Shown: positions 33,196 through 41,045 of the stretch, in pieces | Position numbering within the stretch: position 1 is the stretch's first letter | How the letters are laid out: each line of letters opens with the position of its first letter | NCBI GenBank assembly: GCA_015063885.1 | Contig: SVTH01000001.1 | Coordinates: 91,182 to 155,181 of the forward strand | Direction of reading: 5' to 3' | DNA: 64,000 nt | Origin: Oscillospiraceae bacterium | GTDB lineage: Bacteria > Bacillota > Clostridia > Oscillospirales > CAG-382 | Notes under the pieces: model-generated | What the model was told of the DNA's origin: nothing | What the model saw: the letters and a program-made list of their open reading frames with translations, nothing else | Database searches by the model: none | Position numbers and translations under genes: made by a program

Positions 33196-33218
33196 CCCTC
33201 CCTTTGGGAGGGTTTTTT
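33196..33218 (+). terminator. Rho-independent terminator after the pilin-like gene
   Basis: ccctccc ttt gggaggg, then tttttt. Confidence 0.75.
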
Positions 33219-33286
33219 CTATCCTTTTGTGGGATTTTTGCGGGATTTTCGTGGGATTTTTGCGAGATGACAAGATGGATGTTTTG

Positions 33287-33329
33287 TGGTATCCTTTCGT
33301 TGCTCCTTCGGTGCAACGAAAGGATACCA
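33287..33329. other. 17-bp perfect hairpin of unknown function
   Basis: tggtatcctttcgttgc / gcaacgaaaggatacca, 9-nt loop. Preceded by the direct repeat gtgggatttttgcg twice (33229-33264). Confidence 0.6.
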
Positions 33330-33374
33330 TATACTATGCTTACAAAAAACTTTTGGAGAATCTTCGGCGCTATC

Positions 33375-33869
33375 ATGCCGCGATTGAACGGAAATACTTA
33401 CTCGGCCAAGGTGGTGCATCCCAGCGGATCAACAACCACGGAAACGATGTTTAGCTCTTCGATTAAGCCGTACACTCTCCTGGGCGCGATGACTGTGCCC
33501 CAAAACGGCGCCCTGTACGGCGGGACAACCATAGGAACTTGGTATGGCAGGGGAACCACTCCGGCAACGGCAGATGACTACACGCTGGAGGATCCCATCA
33601 AGACCGGCGACGTGACCGGTGTCTGTGGTGGAGATACCGCCTTGGTGAGGGCAGAGGGACCGGATCACTACCGCATCTCCGTAACCCATCAGATCACCAA
33701 CAATACGGACGAGACGGTCACAATTTCCGAGATCGGCTGCTTTGGCGCGTTGGCCAGCGGCGCAAAGGTGTGTTTGCTTGACCGTACCGTGCCGGAAACA
33801 CCCATCGTGATCCCGCCCCAAGAAACCGTCCCCGTTGAATACGTCATCAAGTTCCCCTACGGGAAGTAA
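33375..33869 (+). CDS. Hypothetical protein (no signal peptide)
   Basis: GC-rich ORF; the start is uncertain (ATG 33336 or 33375). Contains TVTISEIGCFGA...LLDRT...V.YVIKF. Followed by a terminator. Confidence 0.4.
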   Translation: MPRLNGNTYSAKVVHPSGSTTTETMFSSSIKPYTLLGAMTVPQNGALYGGTTIGTWYGRGTTPATADDYTLEDPIKTGDVTGVCGGDTALVRAEGPDHYRISVTHQITNNTDETVTISEIGCFGALASGAKVCLLDRTVPETPIVIPPQETVPVEYVIKFPYGK

Positions 33870-33880
33870 TTTTTTCGCCA

Positions 33881-33909
33881 TCCCTCCCATCCCGGGAGGG
33901 ATTTTTATT
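33881..33909 (+). terminator. Rho-independent terminator
   Basis: tccctccc / gggaggga stem, then tttttatt. Confidence 0.65.
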
Positions 33910-33924
33910 GGATTTTTGTTGAGG

Positions 33925-35100
33925 ACAAAGTTCGTGCTATACGTAGCGGTTTTGCCGTTCTTGCCCCAGGTTTCAGCAGGCGCATGTCGGCGTACTGATG
34001 CTACCCGTTTTGCCAACGTAATGCGCCGACTTGGTCATTCTGAGCGGAGCCGCGGAGAAGGGGGTAAGGATAGGAAAAGGGCGGCTCTCCCGCGGCGGAG
34101 TCGAAGTTTTGCGGAGAAGGAAAGGTGCGTCAGCACCGTTCGGAGCAAAACCAAGGGGTGCTTTGCGCCCCGCAGGGATATGGTAGGGAATTAGATGTAC
34201 CCTTCTGTAACGTAAGAACTGTTTTAAGTAACTAACGGAACGGAAAAAGCGGTATAGCAAATGTGTAGCCATACCCTCAAAAAATGCTTGGCATTTTTTG
34301 ACTCTTATTCGGGCTCACGCCGCTCATAAGAGTTCGACGCGGCAGGGATTTTGCCGTGTGCTCCTATGGAAAACACCGTGCTCCCTGCCTTGCTCAGGGT
34401 GACAAACAGACGCTGTGTTGTCGATATACGTAGCGTTTTCACCCTTCCTCGCTCTACGACTGTCATTCTGAGCGGAGCCGCGGAGAAGGGTGGGAGGATA
34501 GGAAAGAAAAAGCAATCCCGCGGCGGAGTCGAAGTTTTCGTAGTCGAGGCGCAGCCGAGCGGAGAAAACCAAGGGGTGCTTTGCGCCCCGCAGGGATATG
34601 GTTGGGAGTTAGATCAGCCCTTCTGTAACGTAAGAACTGTTTTAAGTAACTGACGGAACGAAAAAAGCGGTATAGCAAATGGGGTACCATACCCTCAAAA
34701 AATGCTTGGCATTTTTTGACTCTTATTCGGGCTCACGCCACTCATAAGAGTTCGACTCGTGCGGGTTGTTTCATTGTGCACAGCCGTTACGGTTCTATCC
34801 CGCACTCGCTCAGAGTGACAAACGAGGGTGGCGTTGTCGATATACGTAGCGCTTATTGAGCTATATCAATTCGACTGTCATTCTGAGCGGAGCCGCGGAG
34901 AAGGGTGTAAGGATAGGAAACCGAAGGCAATCCCGCGGCGGAGTCGAAGTTTTCGTAGTCGAGGCGTAGCCGAGCGGAGAAAACCGAAGCCTGCGATAGC
35001 GGGCTGAGGGATATGGTTGGGAGTTAGATGTACCCTTCTGTAACGTAAGAACTGTCCATAACAACCAACGGAACGGAAAAAAGCGATAGTACAAAGAGAA
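33925..35100 (+). repeat. Three tandem copies (about 415-428 bp period) of a structured non-coding repeat
   Basis: The anchor gtcattctgagcggagccgcggagaagg occurs at 34034, 34462 and 34877. Units share ccttctgtaacgtaagaactg, the hairpin caaaaaatgc-ttg-gcattttttg and the hairpin actcttat..ataagagt. The third unit is truncated. Confidence 0.8.
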
Positions 35101-35174
35101 GACCACCTTCCCCCAAAAACCTCCCCGAGACGCCAAAACCCGCCGATTTTTCCCCAACACGCCTCCCGTATCTC

Positions 35175-35203
35175 TTGACGGAATCCCCGTTTCGTGGTAT
35201 ACT
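35175..35203 (+). promoter_or_regulatory. Sigma-A promoter of the fnlABC-like operon
   Basis: TTGACG, 17 nt, TATACT, with TGG immediately before the -10. Confidence 0.6.
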
Positions 35204-35257
35204 ATACTTGAAAGAAACTGTCTAAACATCCTTTACGGAATCAAAGAGGAGGCAACT

Positions 35258-36295
35258 ATGTCCCTTTTCTCAGGTAAGACCCTCATGATCACAGGCGGTA
35301 CCGGCTCCTTCGGGAACGCGGTGCTGAAGCAATTTTTGCATACCGATATCGGCCAGATCCGCATCTTCTCCCGGGACGAGAAGAAACAGGACGATATGCG
35401 CCACGATCTGCAAGCCCGTTACCCCGAGTTTGCGGGGAAGGTGAAGTTCTTCATCGGCGACGTCCGCAATATCCAATCCGTGCGGGACGCCATGCCCGGG
35501 GTGGATTATATTTTCCACGCTGCCGCATTGAAGCAGGTGCCCTCCTGCGAGTTCTTCCCCATGGAAGCCGTCCGCACCAACGTGGAAGGCACCGATAACG
35601 TCCTCCACGCCGCCATCGAAGCAGGCGTCAAGCGGGTGGTCTGCCTTTCCACCGATAAAGCCGCCTATCCCATCAACGCCATGGGCATCTCCAAGGCCAT
35701 GATGGAGCACGTGGTCTACGCCAACGCCCGTGTGGCCGCCGAACGGGGCGATACCGTGATCTGCTGTACCCGCTACGGCAACGTGATGTGCTCCCGCGGG
35801 AGCGTCATCCCCCTGTTCATCGACCAGATCAAGGCGGGCAACCCCATCACCATCACCGATCCCAACATGACCCGCTTCCTGATGAACTTAGACGAAGCCG
35901 TCGACCTGGTGAAGTTTGCCTTCGAGCACGCCAACCCCGGCGATCTGTTCATTCAGAAGGCAGACGCCTCCACCATCGGCGACCTGGCAAAAGCCGTCCA
36001 ACAGCTCTTCGGCGACACGGGCACCAACATCATCGGCACCCGCCACGGGGAAAAGCTTTACGAGACCCTGATGACCCGCGAGGAACGCCTCCGCAGTGAA
36101 GACATGGGGCAGTATTTCCGCGTTGCGGCGGACAACCGCGACCTGAACTACGATAAGTTCTTCGTCAAGGGCAACGTGCAGACCATGGCCGAGGAATCCT
36201 ACACCAGCCACAACACCACCCGATTGGACGTGGAAGGCACCGTGCAGAAGATTCTCACCACCGATTACGTCAGAGAACAGCTGGCAGGCAAATGA
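35258..36295 (+). CDS. fnlA: UDP-GlcNAc 4,6-dehydratase/5-epimerase (FnlA/CapE/WbjB type)
   Basis: 345 aa. ITGGTGSFGN, IFSRDEKKQDDM, AAALKQVPSCEFFPMEAV, STDKAAYPINAMGISKAMME. Close by eye to S. aureus CapE. Confidence 0.9.
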   Translation: MSLFSGKTLMITGGTGSFGNAVLKQFLHTDIGQIRIFSRDEKKQDDMRHDLQARYPEFAGKVKFFIGDVRNIQSVRDAMPGVDYIFHAAALKQVPSCEFFPMEAVRTNVEGTDNVLHAAIEAGVKRVVCLSTDKAAYPINAMGISKAMMEHVVYANARVAAERGDTVICCTRYGNVMCSRGSVIPLFIDQIKAGNPITITDPNMTRFLMNLDEAVDLVKFAFEHANPGDLFIQKADASTIGDLAKAVQQLFGDTGTNIIGTRHGEKLYETLMTREERLRSEDMGQYFRVAADNRDLNYDKFFVKGNVQTMAEESYTSHNTTRLDVEGTVQKILTTDYVREQLAGK

Positions 36296-37464
36296 AGCCT
36301 ATGAATATTCTCATCACGGGCGCCGCAGGCTTTGTGGGCAAAAACCTCACCTGCGCGTTGCAAAACATCAAAGACGGCAAGGACAGGACCCACCCCGGGA
36401 TCACCCCGGACGAGCTGTACCTCTACGACGTAGAGTCTCCCGCAGACCTTCTGGAGACCGCCTGCGAAAAAGCGGACTTCGTCTTCCACCTGGCAGGGGT
36501 GAACCGCCCCAAGGATCCCGCCGATTTCATGGCGGGGAACTTCGGGCTCACCTCAACCTTGCTGAACACCCTGAAAAAATACAACAATACCTGCCCCGTC
36601 ATGCTGTCTTCCTCCATCCAGGCGACCCTGGAGGGGCGCTACGACAACGATTACGGCAGAAGCAAGAAAGCAGGGGAGGAGTGCCTCTTTGCCTACGGAA
36701 AAGAGACGGGCGCCAAGGTGTTGGTCTACCGTTTCCCCAACCTGTTCGGCAAATGGTGCCGTCCCAACTACAATTCCGCCGTGGCAACCTTCTGCCACAA
36801 CATGGCAAACGACCTGCCCATCACGGTGAACGACCCCGCCACCCGGCTGGAGCTTCTCTACATCGACGACCTGGTGGAAGAAATGCTTGCCGCTCTTGCG
36901 GGGCAGGAACACCGCGACGGCGCTTATTGCTGCGTTCCCGCTACCCACAAGGTCACCCTGGGGGAGATCGTAAGCCTTCTGGAAAGCTTTAAAGCACAGC
37001 CTTCCACCTTGATGATGCCCGCCATCCCCGCAGACTCCTTCGCCAAAAAGCTGTATTCCACCTACCTTTCCTACCTCCCGGTAGAAAAAATAGCCTTCCC
37101 CCTGCACATGAACGAGGATACCAGAGGTAGCTTCACCGAGCTTCTCAAAACTCCCTCTCACGGGCAGTTTTCCGTGAACGTTTCAAAGCCCGGCATCACC
37201 AAGGGACAGCATTGGCACAACACCAAATGGGAGATGTTCATTGTAGTCTCCGGCAAAGGGGTGATTCAGCAACGTAAAATCGGCACCGACGAAGTGCTGA
37301 ACTTCTACGTGGACGGCGAGCATATCACTGCCGTCCATATGCTCCCGGGCTACACCCATAATATTATCAACCTTTCCGAAACGGAAAATTTAGTCACCCT
37401 CATGTGGGCAAACGAATGCTTTGACCCCCAACATCCCGATACGTTTTTTGAGGTGGTAGAGTAA
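36292..37464 (+). CDS. fnlB: CapF/FnlB-type bifunctional reductase/epimerase (SDR plus cupin)
   Basis: 390 aa. ITGAAGFVGKN, SSSIQA, FPNLFGKWCRPNYNSAVATFCHN, C-terminal cupin SKPGITKGQHWHNTKWEMF...MWANECFDPQHPDTF. Confidence 0.85.
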   Translation: MKPMNILITGAAGFVGKNLTCALQNIKDGKDRTHPGITPDELYLYDVESPADLLETACEKADFVFHLAGVNRPKDPADFMAGNFGLTSTLLNTLKKYNNTCPVMLSSSIQATLEGRYDNDYGRSKKAGEECLFAYGKETGAKVLVYRFPNLFGKWCRPNYNSAVATFCHNMANDLPITVNDPATRLELLYIDDLVEEMLAALAGQEHRDGAYCCVPATHKVTLGEIVSLLESFKAQPSTLMMPAIPADSFAKKLYSTYLSYLPVEKIAFPLHMNEDTRGSFTELLKTPSHGQFSVNVSKPGITKGQHWHNTKWEMFIVVSGKGVIQQRKIGTDEVLNFYVDGEHITAVHMLPGYTHNIINLSETENLVTLMWANECFDPQHPDTFFEVVE

Positions 37465-38654
37465 TGGATAAAAACATCAAGCTTGATTACAGCAACATCT
37501 CCTTCCAAAACAACGGCAAGCTGAAGCTGCTGATCATCGTAGGCACCCGCCCGGAGATCATCCGCCTGGCCGCCGTCATTAAAAAGTGCCGCAAATACTT
37601 CGATACTCTCCTTGCCCACACAGGCCAGAACTACGACTACAACCTCAACGGCGTGTTCTTCAAGGACCTGGGCCTTGCCGACCCCGACGTGTATATGAAC
37701 GCCGTGGGTGACGACCTGGGCGCCACCGTGGGCAACATCATCAACTGCTCTTACAAGCTGATGAACGCCGTAAAGCCCGACGCATTGCTGATCCTGGGAG
37801 ACACCAACTCCTGCCTGTCCGCCATCGCCGCAAAGAGATTGCATATCCCCATCTTCCACATGGAAGCGGGCAACCGTTGCAAGGACGAATGCCTCCCCGA
37901 GGAGACCAACCGCCGCATCGTGGACATCATCTCCGACGTCAACCTGGCCTATTCCGAGCACGCCCGCCGCTACCTCCATGAATGCGGCCTGCCCAAGGAG
38001 CGCACCTACGTCACAGGCTCACCCATGGCGGAGGTGCTTCACGAGAACCTGGAAGCCATCAAATCCAGCGACATCCACACCCGCCTGGGTCTGGAAAAAG
38101 GGAAGTACATCCTCCTTTCCGCCCACAGGGAAGAGAACATCGACACGGAAAAGAACTTCCTCTCCCTCTTCACCGCTATCAACAAGCTGGCAGAAAAATA
38201 CGATATGCCCATCCTGTACTCCTGCCATCCCCGATCCCGCAACCGCCTGGAATCCTCCGGCTTCGTTTTGGACTCCCGCGTGATCCGTCACGAGCCCCTG
38301 GGCTTCCACGACTATAACTGCCTCCAGATGAACGCCTTCGCCGTGGTGTCCGACAGCGGCACCCTACCTGAGGAAAGCTCCTTCTTCACCTCCGTGGGCA
38401 ATCCGTTCCCCGCAGTGTGTATCCGCACCTCCACGGAACGCCCCGAAGCCCTGGATAAGGCCTGCTTCATCCTGGCAGGCATCGACGAGACCTCCCTCCT
38501 GCAGGCCGTCTCCACCGCCGTAGAAATGAACAAGGATGCCCACCACGGCATCCCCGTTCCCGACTATACCGAAGAGAATGTCTCCACCAAGGTGGTGAAG
38601 ATCATCCAATCCTACACCGGTGTGGTCAACAAAATGGTTTGGCGCAAATTCTGA
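37464..38654 (+). CDS. fnlC: UDP-N-acetylglucosamine 2-epimerase, non-hydrolysing (FnlC/CapG type)
   Basis: 396 aa. VGTRPEIIRLA, HTGQNYD, LGDTNS, HMEAGNRC, SDSGTLPEE. Confidence 0.9.
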   Translation: MDKNIKLDYSNISFQNNGKLKLLIIVGTRPEIIRLAAVIKKCRKYFDTLLAHTGQNYDYNLNGVFFKDLGLADPDVYMNAVGDDLGATVGNIINCSYKLMNAVKPDALLILGDTNSCLSAIAAKRLHIPIFHMEAGNRCKDECLPEETNRRIVDIISDVNLAYSEHARRYLHECGLPKERTYVTGSPMAEVLHENLEAIKSSDIHTRLGLEKGKYILLSAHREENIDTEKNFLSLFTAINKLAEKYDMPILYSCHPRSRNRLESSGFVLDSRVIRHEPLGFHDYNCLQMNAFAVVSDSGTLPEESSFFTSVGNPFPAVCIRTSTERPEALDKACFILAGIDETSLLQAVSTAVEMNKDAHHGIPVPDYTEENVSTKVVKIIQSYTGVVNKMVWRKF

Positions 38655-38693
38655 AAAAAGCATCCCGATCTGCCATAGACCGGGATGTTTTTT
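38654..38693. terminator. Bidirectional terminator between convergent operons
   Basis: A-run, catcccg / cgggatg stem, T-run. Confidence 0.65.
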
Positions 38694-38750
38694 GTTGCGG
38701 GACTCCTTATTGCCGTGACTGAGGGGATTGTCCTTTTAAGATTCGTTTCT

Positions 38751-39959
38751 TCACTCGGGAATGGCAACGCCGTTTTCCACCAACTTCCCCCGTTCAATGG
38801 AAACGGCACCCAATACCACGTTTTCCCGGGTGACCTCACCGCGGAAGGCAACCGCCACCACGTCCCCCGCCTTGACCCCCATATACTCCACGTATCGGCG
38901 GATGCAAAGCTCTGAAAGCGGAACCCGATACACCTTCCCTTGGGCGGGGTCGCCGTAAAGCACCGACGTGTCCACCAAAAGGAACTCCTCCCCGACCTCC
39001 GTCACCTTTCCGGCGACGATCTGTTCGTATGGCTCAAATTCCGCTTCCGTGCTGTTTTCTTTTGCGTAGCGGATGATCTCGCCTGCGGCTTCTTCGCCGA
39101 TGAAATACGCTGCCCCCACGTTAAAGATGTTGGTGGAAAGATACCCGTCCTCCGTGACGTATAACACCCGCTTGTACACCCCCAAAGCCTCCGAGGTGGC
39201 CGTGAAGGAGAGATACCGCCGTTCTGCCGGCAGGGAGGGAGACGGATCCTTGACCCGTTCCGCCTCTCCGCAGCGGGCGAGCACCTCCCAAATAGATCCG
39301 TCCGCTTCCATAATGCGGTAGCGCTTCTCGCCGTACCCCTCGCATTCCGAAAAGCGGGAAAGCTTCAGATGCTCCTCCAGCCCGAACTCTTTTACAGCTT
39401 CCCCCAGCGTAGCAGGGAAGGGATCGGAAGTGTTTATATAGACTCCGTAAGCCCCGTCCTTCCCCAAAGCCACCATCCGCTTCGGGGAGATCCCGCGGAT
39501 CTCAAAGACCTCCGCCTCCTCGCTGTGGATCTCTCCCGTGTAAACGTCCTCCCCGCGGACCACACAGCTTCCCAGCGCCTCCCCCAGGAGGGCTTCCCTC
39601 ACGGCGGCGTTTCGGGAGGCGTATTCCGCCCCGTCAAACTCCGCAGAGTAATACTTCTCCCACATTAACTTGTATTCCCAAGGCCACTCTACGGCAATTT
39701 CGCTCCCCGCGAAGACGTAGCCGGGCTTCCCGACGTTTTCCGAAACCGCAGGATCCCCACTCCCGCTCTCTTCGGCATGCCAAGGCGCCAAGACCGCCAA
39801 AACCGCCAAAACCGCCACTGCCGGCACCAGGCAAGCCGCAATACCGCCCCACTTGAACAGCGGCAGCCGTCTTTCCTTTTTCTTTCCTTCCTCCGCCGCC
39901 TCTGCGATCAGCTCGTCGTCCAGATGCTCCAAGGCGGAAACTATTTTCGGGATCTTCAT
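38751..39959 (-). CDS. Putative anti-sigma factor / membrane protein partnered with the ECF sigma
   Basis: 402 aa. Cytoplasmic N-terminus IVSALEHLDDELIAEAAEEGKKK, one TM (IAACLVPAVAVLAVLAVLA), large extracytoplasmic domain. 4-nt overlap with the sigma gene. Confidence 0.6.
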   Translation of the reverse strand: MKIPKIVSALEHLDDELIAEAAEEGKKKERRLPLFKWGGIAACLVPAVAVLAVLAVLAPWHAEESGSGDPAVSENVGKPGYVFAGSEIAVEWPWEYKLMWEKYYSAEFDGAEYASRNAAVREALLGEALGSCVVRGEDVYTGEIHSEEAEVFEIRGISPKRMVALGKDGAYGVYINTSDPFPATLGEAVKEFGLEEHLKLSRFSECEGYGEKRYRIMEADGSIWEVLARCGEAERVKDPSPSLPAERRYLSFTATSEALGVYKRVLYVTEDGYLSTNIFNVGAAYFIGEEAAGEIIRYAKENSTEAEFEPYEQIVAGKVTEVGEEFLLVDTSVLYGDPAQGKVYRVPLSELCIRRYVEYMGVKAGDVVAVAFRGEVTRENVVLGAVSIERGKLVENGVAIPE

Positions 39960-40510
39960 AGATCAAACCCTTCCTTTCTCAAAAATGCCTGTAATCGCTT
40001 CCGTGTACGCAACAGCATGTTCTTCACCTTGCTGTCCGAAAAACCGTACCGCTTCCCGATCTCCCCGATGGAATCGAAAAAGAAATACCTGCGCACAAAC
40101 ACCTTCCGCGCTTCCTCCTTTTCCGTTTTCAAAAAGCGGCCGATGGCTCTTCCCAGCTCCTCGTCCCCCGTTTCGGGAGAGATCCCGCCGTCGCAGAGCA
40201 CGCCCTCCAGCTCCTCAAAGGACACCAAAAGTCCCGCAGAACGCTTCTCGCGGTGCAAATACTCCGCCTTTTTCAAGGCAAGATTGCGGGTCACCTTGCA
40301 AATGTAAGCCTTGAAATTTTGGGGCTTCTCCGGGGGAATGGCTCTCCACAATGCGGCGTAGGTATCGTTTACACATTCCTCCGCATCCTCCCGGTTCCCC
40401 AAAATGCGGTAAGCAATGCCGTAGCAAAGCTTGCCGTATCCGGCTTCCGTTTCACGGATCGCCTGCTCTTTTCGGGCAAAATACAGCTCTATGATCTTTT
40501 GCTCCTCCAT
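39956..40510 (-). CDS. ECF-type sigma-70 family RNA polymerase sigma factor
   Basis: 184 aa. Region 2 (YGIAYRILGNREDAEECVNDTY) and region 4 HTH (SIGEIGKRYGFSDSKVKNMLLRTRKRL). Confidence 0.85.
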   Translation of the reverse strand: MEEQKIIELYFARKEQAIRETEAGYGKLCYGIAYRILGNREDAEECVNDTYAALWRAIPPEKPQNFKAYICKVTRNLALKKAEYLHREKRSAGLLVSFEELEGVLCDGGISPETGDEELGRAIGRFLKTEKEEARKVFVRRYFFFDSIGEIGKRYGFSDSKVKNMLLRTRKRLQAFLRKEGFDL

Positions 40511-40596
40511 GCCGTCACCTCGTGTTCCAATGTCTCAAAGAAAGCGCTTTCACTCTATACGTACGTTTTTTGCTTCCTTAGTCTCGTTTCATTTCT

Positions 40597-40625
40597 ATTT
40601 TACCACGCATTTTGATCTTGCACAA
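40597..40625 (-). promoter_or_regulatory. Sigma-A-type promoter of the sigma/anti-sigma operon
   Basis: Minus strand: TTGTGC, 17 nt, TAAAAT preceded by TGG. Confidence 0.4.
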
Positions 40626-40884
40626 GGGGATCCGTCAAAAAAACGGGAGACGATCATCACCCTTCCCACCGTGAGATAGGCCGGGAGCTTCCCTCCGCCC
40701 CGCCTTTGCAAAATGCCGGATGCGGGAGGGCAACCGGCTTGGGGAAGGAAAAACGTTTTACAGCGCCTCTCCCGGCGTCTTCTGCGGCCTTACGGATGTC
40801 TCAGTGGCAGGGGAGCCCTCTGAGATCATACCCCGCCGTTTTCCCGAAACTCCTCGGATTTGCGCCAATGCTTCCTCGCTTCTC

Positions 40885-40913
40885 TTGACGATTTTTCGAT
40901 TTCGTGGTATACT
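40885..40913 (+). promoter_or_regulatory. Sigma-A promoter of the capD-like gene
   Basis: TTGACG, 17 nt, TATACT preceded by TGG. About 130-nt leader before ATG 41046. Confidence 0.6.
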
Positions 40914-41045
40914 TGACGGTGAAAAACGGAGAGGGCTCCTTTTGTTTTACATGCGCCCCTTCCGTTGCCGATCATTTTAAAATACTTACGACCCGCAGGT
41001 CGCAATCTGTCAAAGCCTCCCGCTTCCTGCGAAAAGAGAGGGAAT

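Noticed and set aside
33375-33869. Possible phage tail-fibre/collar-like protein (TISEIGCFGA...LLDRT pattern reminiscent of ..ITE.GLFD.. motifs).
   Set aside because: The resemblance rests on one short motif, and no other phage genes are nearby. It is left as hypothetical.
33973-35229. Minus-strand ORFs of 99, 75 and 122 aa with similar sequences (..LLYRFFRSVSYLKQFLRYRR.., ..FSAAPLRMT..) inside the tandem repeats.
   Set aside because: Their similarity follows from the DNA repeat itself. The frames are not maintained between units, I see no RBS, and the composition is basic and aromatic junk-like. They are more likely non-coding.
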